This document shows, in pieces, positions 4,544-7,745 of a stretch of 7,745 nucleotides of DNA. Each line of letters starts with the position of its first letter. The first letter of the stretch is position 1. The position numbers and the translations under genes were made by a program. The notes under the pieces were generated by a model that was given only the letters and a program-made list of their open reading frames with translations, was not told where the DNA came from and searched no databases. The stretch comes from a virus (lineage: Duplodnaviria; Heunggongvirae; Uroviricota; Caudoviricetes). The stretch covers positions 1 through 7,745 of IMG/VR virus record IMGVR_UViG_2671180921_000004; one strand, 5' to 3'.

Positions 4544-5443
4544 ATGACAAATACAGCAAAAATACTCAACTTCGGCAGAGGTAACTTTGCCGGACAGGAG
4601 CGTAATGTGGCAGATCTCGATGATGGTTACGCCAGACTATCAAATATGCTGCTTGAGGCTTATTCAGGCGCAGATCTGACCAAGCGACAGTTTAAAGTGC
4701 TGCTTGCCATTCTGCGTAAAACCTATGGGTGGAATAAACCAATGGACAGAATCACCGATTCTCAACTTAGCGAGATTACAAAGTTACCCGTCAAACGGTG
4801 CAATGAAGCCAAGTTAGAACTCGTCAGAATGAATATTATCAAGCAGCAAGGCGGCATGTTTGGACCAAATAAAAACATCTCAGAATGGTGTATCCCTCAA
4901 AACGAGGGAAAATCCCCTAAAACGAGGGATAAAACATCCCTCAAATTGGGGGATTGCTATCCCTCAAAACAGGGGGACACAAAAGACACTATTACAAAAG
5001 AAAAAAGAAAAGATTATTCGTCCGAGAATTCTGGCGAATCCTCTGACCAGCCAGAAAACGATCTTTCTGTGGTTAAACCGGATGCTGCAATTCAGAGCGG
5101 CAGCAAGTGGGGAACAGCAGAAGACCTGACCGCCGCAGAGTGGATGTTTGACATGGTGAAGACCATCGCGCCATCAGCCAGAAAACCGAATTTTGCTGGG
5201 TGGGCTAACGATATCCGCCTGATGCGTGAACGTGACGGACGTAACCACCGCGATATGTGTGTGCTTTTCCGCTGGGCCTGCCAGGACAACTTCTGGTCCG
5301 GTAACGTGCTGAGTCCGGCCAAACTCCGCGACAAGTGGACCCAGCTCGAAATCAACCGTAACAAGCAACAGGCAGGCGTGACAGCCAGCAAACCAAAACT
5401 CGACCTGACAAACACTGACTGGATTTACGGGGTGGATTTATGA
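4544..5443 (+). CDS. O: replication initiation protein O (origin-binding), 299 aa
   Basis: Translation matches lambda O as recalled (MTNTAKILNFGRGNFAGQERNVADLDDGYARLSNMLLEAY...). AGGAG RBS upstream. Contains the ori iterons internally. Stop overlaps the P start (ATGA). Confidence 0.95.
   Translation: MTNTAKILNFGRGNFAGQERNVADLDDGYARLSNMLLEAYSGADLTKRQFKVLLAILRKTYGWNKPMDRITDSQLSEITKLPVKRCNEAKLELVRMNIIKQQGGMFGPNKNISEWCIPQNEGKSPKTRDKTSLKLGDCYPSKQGDTKDTITKEKRKDYSSENSGESSDQPENDLSVVKPDAAIQSGSKWGTAEDLTAAEWMFDMVKTIAPSARKPNFAGWANDIRLMRERDGRNHRDMCVLFRWACQDNFWSGNVLSPAKLRDKWTQLEINRNKQQAGVTASKPKLDLTNTDWIYGVDL
4892..5016. other. origin of replication (ori-lambda type): four ~19-bp iterons with internal dyad TCCCTC-N5-GAGGGA, followed by an AT-rich DNA-unwinding region
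   Basis: Iterons visible at about 4892-4910, 4911-4930, 4931-4955 and 4956-4980 (ATCCCTCAAAACGAGGGAA, ATCCCCTAAAACGAGGGAT, ATCCCTCAAATTGGGGGAT, ATCCCTCAAAACAGGGGGA), then AAAAGACACTATTACAAAAGAAAAAAGAAAAGATTA. Located inside the O coding sequence as in lambda. Confidence 0.85.
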
Positions 5444-6141
5444 AAAACATCGCCGCACAGATGGTTAACTTTGACCGTGAGCAGATGCGTCGGATCGCCA
5501 ACAACATGCCGGAACAGTACGACGAAAAGCTGCAGGTACAGCAGGTTGCGCAGATCATCAACGGTGTGTTCAGCCAGTTACTGGCAACTTTCCCGGCGAG
5601 TCTGGCTAACCGTGACCAGAACGAACTGAACGAAATCCGCCGCCAGTGGGTTCTGGCTTTCCGGGAAAACGGGATCACCACAATGGAACAGGTTAACGCA
5701 GGAATGCGCGTAGCCCGTCGGCAGAATCGACCATTTCTGCCATCACCCGGGCAGTTTGTTGCATGGTGCCGGGAAGAAGCATCCGTTATCGCCGGACTGC
5801 CAAACGTCAGCGAGCTGGTTGATATGGTTTACGAGTATTGCCGGAAGCGAGGCCTGTATCCGGATGCAGAGTCTTATCCGTGGAAATCGAACGCGCACTA
5901 CTGGCTGGTTACCAACCTGTATCAGAACATGCGGGCCAATGCGCTTACTGATGCGGAATTACGCCGTAAGGCCGCAGATGAGCTTGTCCATATGACTGCG
6001 AGAATTAACCGTGGTGAGGCGATCCCTGAACCAGTAAAACAACTTCCTGTCATGGGCGGTAGACCTCTAAATCGTGCACAGGCTCTGGCGAAGATCGCAG
6101 AACTCAAAGCTAAGTTCGGACTGAAAGGAGCAAGTGTATGA
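5440..6141 (+). CDS. P: replication protein P (DnaB helicase loader), 233 aa
   Basis: Translation matches lambda P as recalled (MKNIAAQMVNFDREQMRRIANNMPEQYDEK...). ATGA overlap with the O stop. Confidence 0.95.
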   Translation: MKNIAAQMVNFDREQMRRIANNMPEQYDEKLQVQQVAQIINGVFSQLLATFPASLANRDQNELNEIRRQWVLAFRENGITTMEQVNAGMRVARRQNRPFLPSPGQFVAWCREEASVIAGLPNVSELVDMVYEYCRKRGLYPDAESYPWKSNAHYWLVTNLYQNMRANALTDAELRRKAADELVHMTARINRGEAIPEPVKQLPVMGGRPLNRAQALAKIAELKAKFGLKGASV

Positions 6142-6428
6142 CGGGCAAAGAGGCAATTATTCATTACCTGGGGACGCATAATAGCTTCTGTGCGCCGGAC
6201 GTTGCCGCGCTAACAGGCGCAACAGTAACCAGCATAAATCAGGCCGCGGCTAAAATGGCACGGGCAGGTCTTCTGGTTATCGAAGGTAAGGTCTGGCGAA
6301 CGGTGTATTACCGGTTTGCTACCAAGGAAGAACGGGAAGGAAAGATGAGCACGAACCTAATTTTTAAGGAGTGTCGCCAGAGTGCCGCGATGAAACGGGT
6401 ATTGGCGGTATATGGAGTTAAAAGGTGA
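6138..6428 (+). CDS. ren: Ren protein (confers resistance to Rex exclusion in lambda), 96 aa
   Basis: Translation MTGKEAIIHYLGTHNSFCAPDVAALTGATVTSINQAAAKMARAG... matches lambda Ren as recalled. ATGA overlap with the P stop. Confidence 0.8.
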   Translation: MTGKEAIIHYLGTHNSFCAPDVAALTGATVTSINQAAAKMARAGLLVIEGKVWRTVYYRFATKEEREGKMSTNLIFKECRQSAAMKRVLAVYGVKR

Positions 6429-6453
6429 CCATCTACATCACTGAGCTAATAAC

Positions 6454-6486
6454 AGGCCTGCTGGTAATCGCAGGCCTTTTTATTTG
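6454..6486 (+). terminator. rho-independent terminator (tR2-like) downstream of ren
   Basis: Hairpin AGGCCTGC-tggtaatc-GCAGGCCT (8-bp perfect stem) followed by TTTTTATTT on the plus strand. Confidence 0.65.
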
Positions 6487-6500
6487 GGGGAGAGTAAATC

Positions 6501-6707
6501 GTGGTTGAGTTGATTTTTTCTGCATTGAGGATTCTCGGTGCTATGTGGATGGTGTCGACGTTCATTGCGGTTGTCGGAAGTTTTGTCCGGTTGGTAGGCG
6601 AAGGTAAAGACCTGGTGGGTGTGCTGTTCGGTAGCATTCTCCTGTGGGTGATTATCGGTGTTGCGCCTGTCGCTGTAGCAAAAATGGCGTGGCGTTTTGT
6701 TAGTTGA
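6501..6707 (+). CDS. small hydrophobic protein with two predicted transmembrane segments, 68 aa (GTG start)
   Basis: ORF track 6501..6707. Two hydrophobic stretches (ILGAMWMVSTFIAVVGSFV and LVGVLFGSILLWVIIGVAPVAVA). GGGGAGAG lies about 6 nt upstream of the GTG. Coding status is uncertain: short, non-ATG start. Confidence 0.4.
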   Translation: MVELIFSALRILGAMWMVSTFIAVVGSFVRLVGEGKDLVGVLFGSILLWVIIGVAPVAVAKMAWRFVS

Positions 6708-6714
6708 GGGGAAT

Positions 6715-6993
6715 ATGAGCGAGATCTACCGACAATTCGAAGAGTGGTGGTCAAAACACAAAAGCCCGTTCACGGAAGACGATGAGCTAAAAGAGTTTGC
6801 CTGGGAGATATGGCAGGCATCGCGAGCAACTATTGAACTGGATATCGACTGGCCCGAATCGAATGACGACTTTTGGAAAGATGGTGAAGAAGGTGCTTAT
6901 GCGATGGGTTATGAGGATGGGCGTGACAAAACGGTAATTGCAGTAATGAAAGCCATCAGGGCCGCAGGAATCAAAGAAAAGAATTTCGATTAA
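6715..6993 (+). CDS. hypothetical small acidic, Trp-rich protein, 92 aa
   Basis: Start taken at ATG 6715 (MSEIYRQFEEWW...), preceded by GAGGGG. About a quarter of residues are Asp/Glu. No recognised family. Confidence 0.55.
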   Translation: MSEIYRQFEEWWSKHKSPFTEDDELKEFAWEIWQASRATIELDIDWPESNDDFWKDGEEGAYAMGYEDGRDKTVIAVMKAIRAAGIKEKNFD

Positions 6994-7125
6994 GCAAATA
7001 TCACTTCAATAAATCGCTTTTAAGGCATCACAATCGCTCTGTAGTGAGGTAAGTGCGTGCAAGGAATGCCGATAAGCAGCGAGAATGAAAAATGCGTCAG
7101 AATGCGTTTGAGGAGGTTTTAAGAA

Positions 7126-7341
7126 ATGAGTACGGTAGCTGAACTTGTCAGGGCTAATTTTCGTGAAGAGTTGGTGCGTTGGTATCGGTATCGTTCATCG
7201 TCCAGTTTGCCGCTTGATGAGTTGTATGAGCATTCACCTGCCGCACGACGCTATCCGCGTGACCGTGTTCTTCGACGGTTGTTCAAACTCAACAATGAGT
7301 TTCAGCGCAACAGAATTATCCGGAGTCTGGATTTAAAGTGA
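7126..7341 (+). CDS. hypothetical small basic protein, 71 aa
   Basis: ORF track 7126..7341. Strong AGGAGG RBS about 9 nt upstream of the ATG. Arg-rich. No recognised family. Confidence 0.45.
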   Translation: MSTVAELVRANFREELVRWYRYRSSSSLPLDELYEHSPAARRYPRDRVLRRLFKLNNEFQRNRIIRSLDLK

Positions 7342-7351
7342 AGGAGTGAGC

Positions 7352-7534
7352 ATGAGCGAGCAAATATTCAGAGAGATTAAGCCACGGTTTTATCGCAAGG
7401 TAAGGGTGGTTTATCAGGACGAAAACAAGACCTGTGCATACGCCATTCATAATGGTCGGTGGTCAGTGTTCGACACCAAAAACTTCGAGAAGAACTTCGA
7501 GAGGATTAAGGGTGATGAGGAAACTAACATTTGA
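7352..7534 (+). CDS. hypothetical small protein, 60 aa
   Basis: Start taken at ATG 7352 (MSEQIFREIK...) with AAGGAG 5 nt upstream; the track ORF begins at the GTG at 7346. Its 3' end overlaps the ninB-like start by 20 nt. Confidence 0.45.
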   Translation: MSEQIFREIKPRFYRKVRVVYQDENKTCAYAIHNGRWSVFDTKNFEKNFERIKGDEETNI

Positions 7535-7745
7535 ACTAAGAAGCCCCATCCATCAGCAGAACGCCATTCCAGCTAGCCAGCAAATCCTGCCAGCCCCAAC
7601 CTAACCAACCGTAGTAACCATTCAGGACCGCAACCGTAGCTTAGACCACAACCGAAAGCTCCGAGATTGCCCTGGTGACGTCTCGCGTCAGGTTGAATGG
7701 CCGGATAGTTGTCTGGATGCCGAAAGCTGGACGTGTGTGTTTACC
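7515..7745 (+). pseudogene. ninB: ninB/Orf-family recombination protein homologue, interrupted by an in-frame TAA at 7602-7604 and truncated by the window end
   Basis: Frame from ATG 7515 reads MRKLTFELRSPIHQQNAIPASQQILPAPT*PTVVTIQDRNRSLDHNRKLRDCPGDVSRQVEWPDSCLDAESWTCVFT, versus lambda NinB MKKLTFEIRSPAHQQNAIHAVQQILPDPTKPIVVTIQERNRSLDQNRKLWACLGDVSRQVEWHGRWLDAESWKCVFT as recalled. The stop replaces the Lys codon at position 30. Not in the ORF track because of the stop. Confidence 0.5.

Noticed and set aside
4369-4584. 71-aa plus-strand ORF overlapping the cII 3' end and cII-O gap
   Set aside because: Alternative frame to cII. The only function supported in this stretch is the antisense oop RNA.
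4892-4980. Tandem direct repeats considered as a possible CRISPR array or minisatellite
   Set aside because: Only four ~19-bp units, contiguous with no spacers, inside the O gene and followed by an AT-rich block: these are replication-origin iterons.
4860-5129. 89-aa plus-strand ORF inside O
   Set aside because: Alternative frame spanning the ori iterons and AT-rich region; Lys-rich translation is a by-product of the A-rich origin.
5092-6179. Minus- and plus-strand ORFs 5092..5415, 5174..5368, 5352..5681, 5756..5995, 5922..6179
   Set aside because: All lie within or antisense to O and P, which are supported by near-complete homology; they are overlapping shadow frames.
6446-6754. 102-aa minus-strand ORF
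   Set aside because: Antisense across the terminator and the small membrane ORF, with Thr/Pro-rich low-complexity translation and no RBS.
7145-7336. 63-aa plus-strand ORF
   Set aside because: Alternative frame fully inside 7126..7341, which has the strong AGGAGG RBS.

Overview
This window is the immunity, early-regulatory and replication region of a lambda-like (lambdoid) phage or prophage from an enterobacterial host. Left to right: cIII (-), an unknown 208-aa early-left gene (-), an N-like antiterminator (-), nutL and PL/OL, then a three-gene translationally coupled cassette on the minus strand (HigB-family toxin, HigA-family HTH antitoxin with a ~96-aa C-terminal extension, SecB-like chaperone) sitting where lambda carries rexAB, then a cI repressor (-), OR/PR, cro (+), nutR, a cII-like gene with antisense oop RNA, O (containing the ori iterons), P, ren, a tR2-like terminator, several small nin-region ORFs, and the start of a ninB/Orf homologue interrupted by an in-frame TAA. 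The most interesting element is the toxin-antitoxin-chaperone (TAC) module in the rex slot, a candidate prophage-encoded exclusion/abortive-infection system. All protein identifications come from reading the translations and recalling family sequences; no database search was run.
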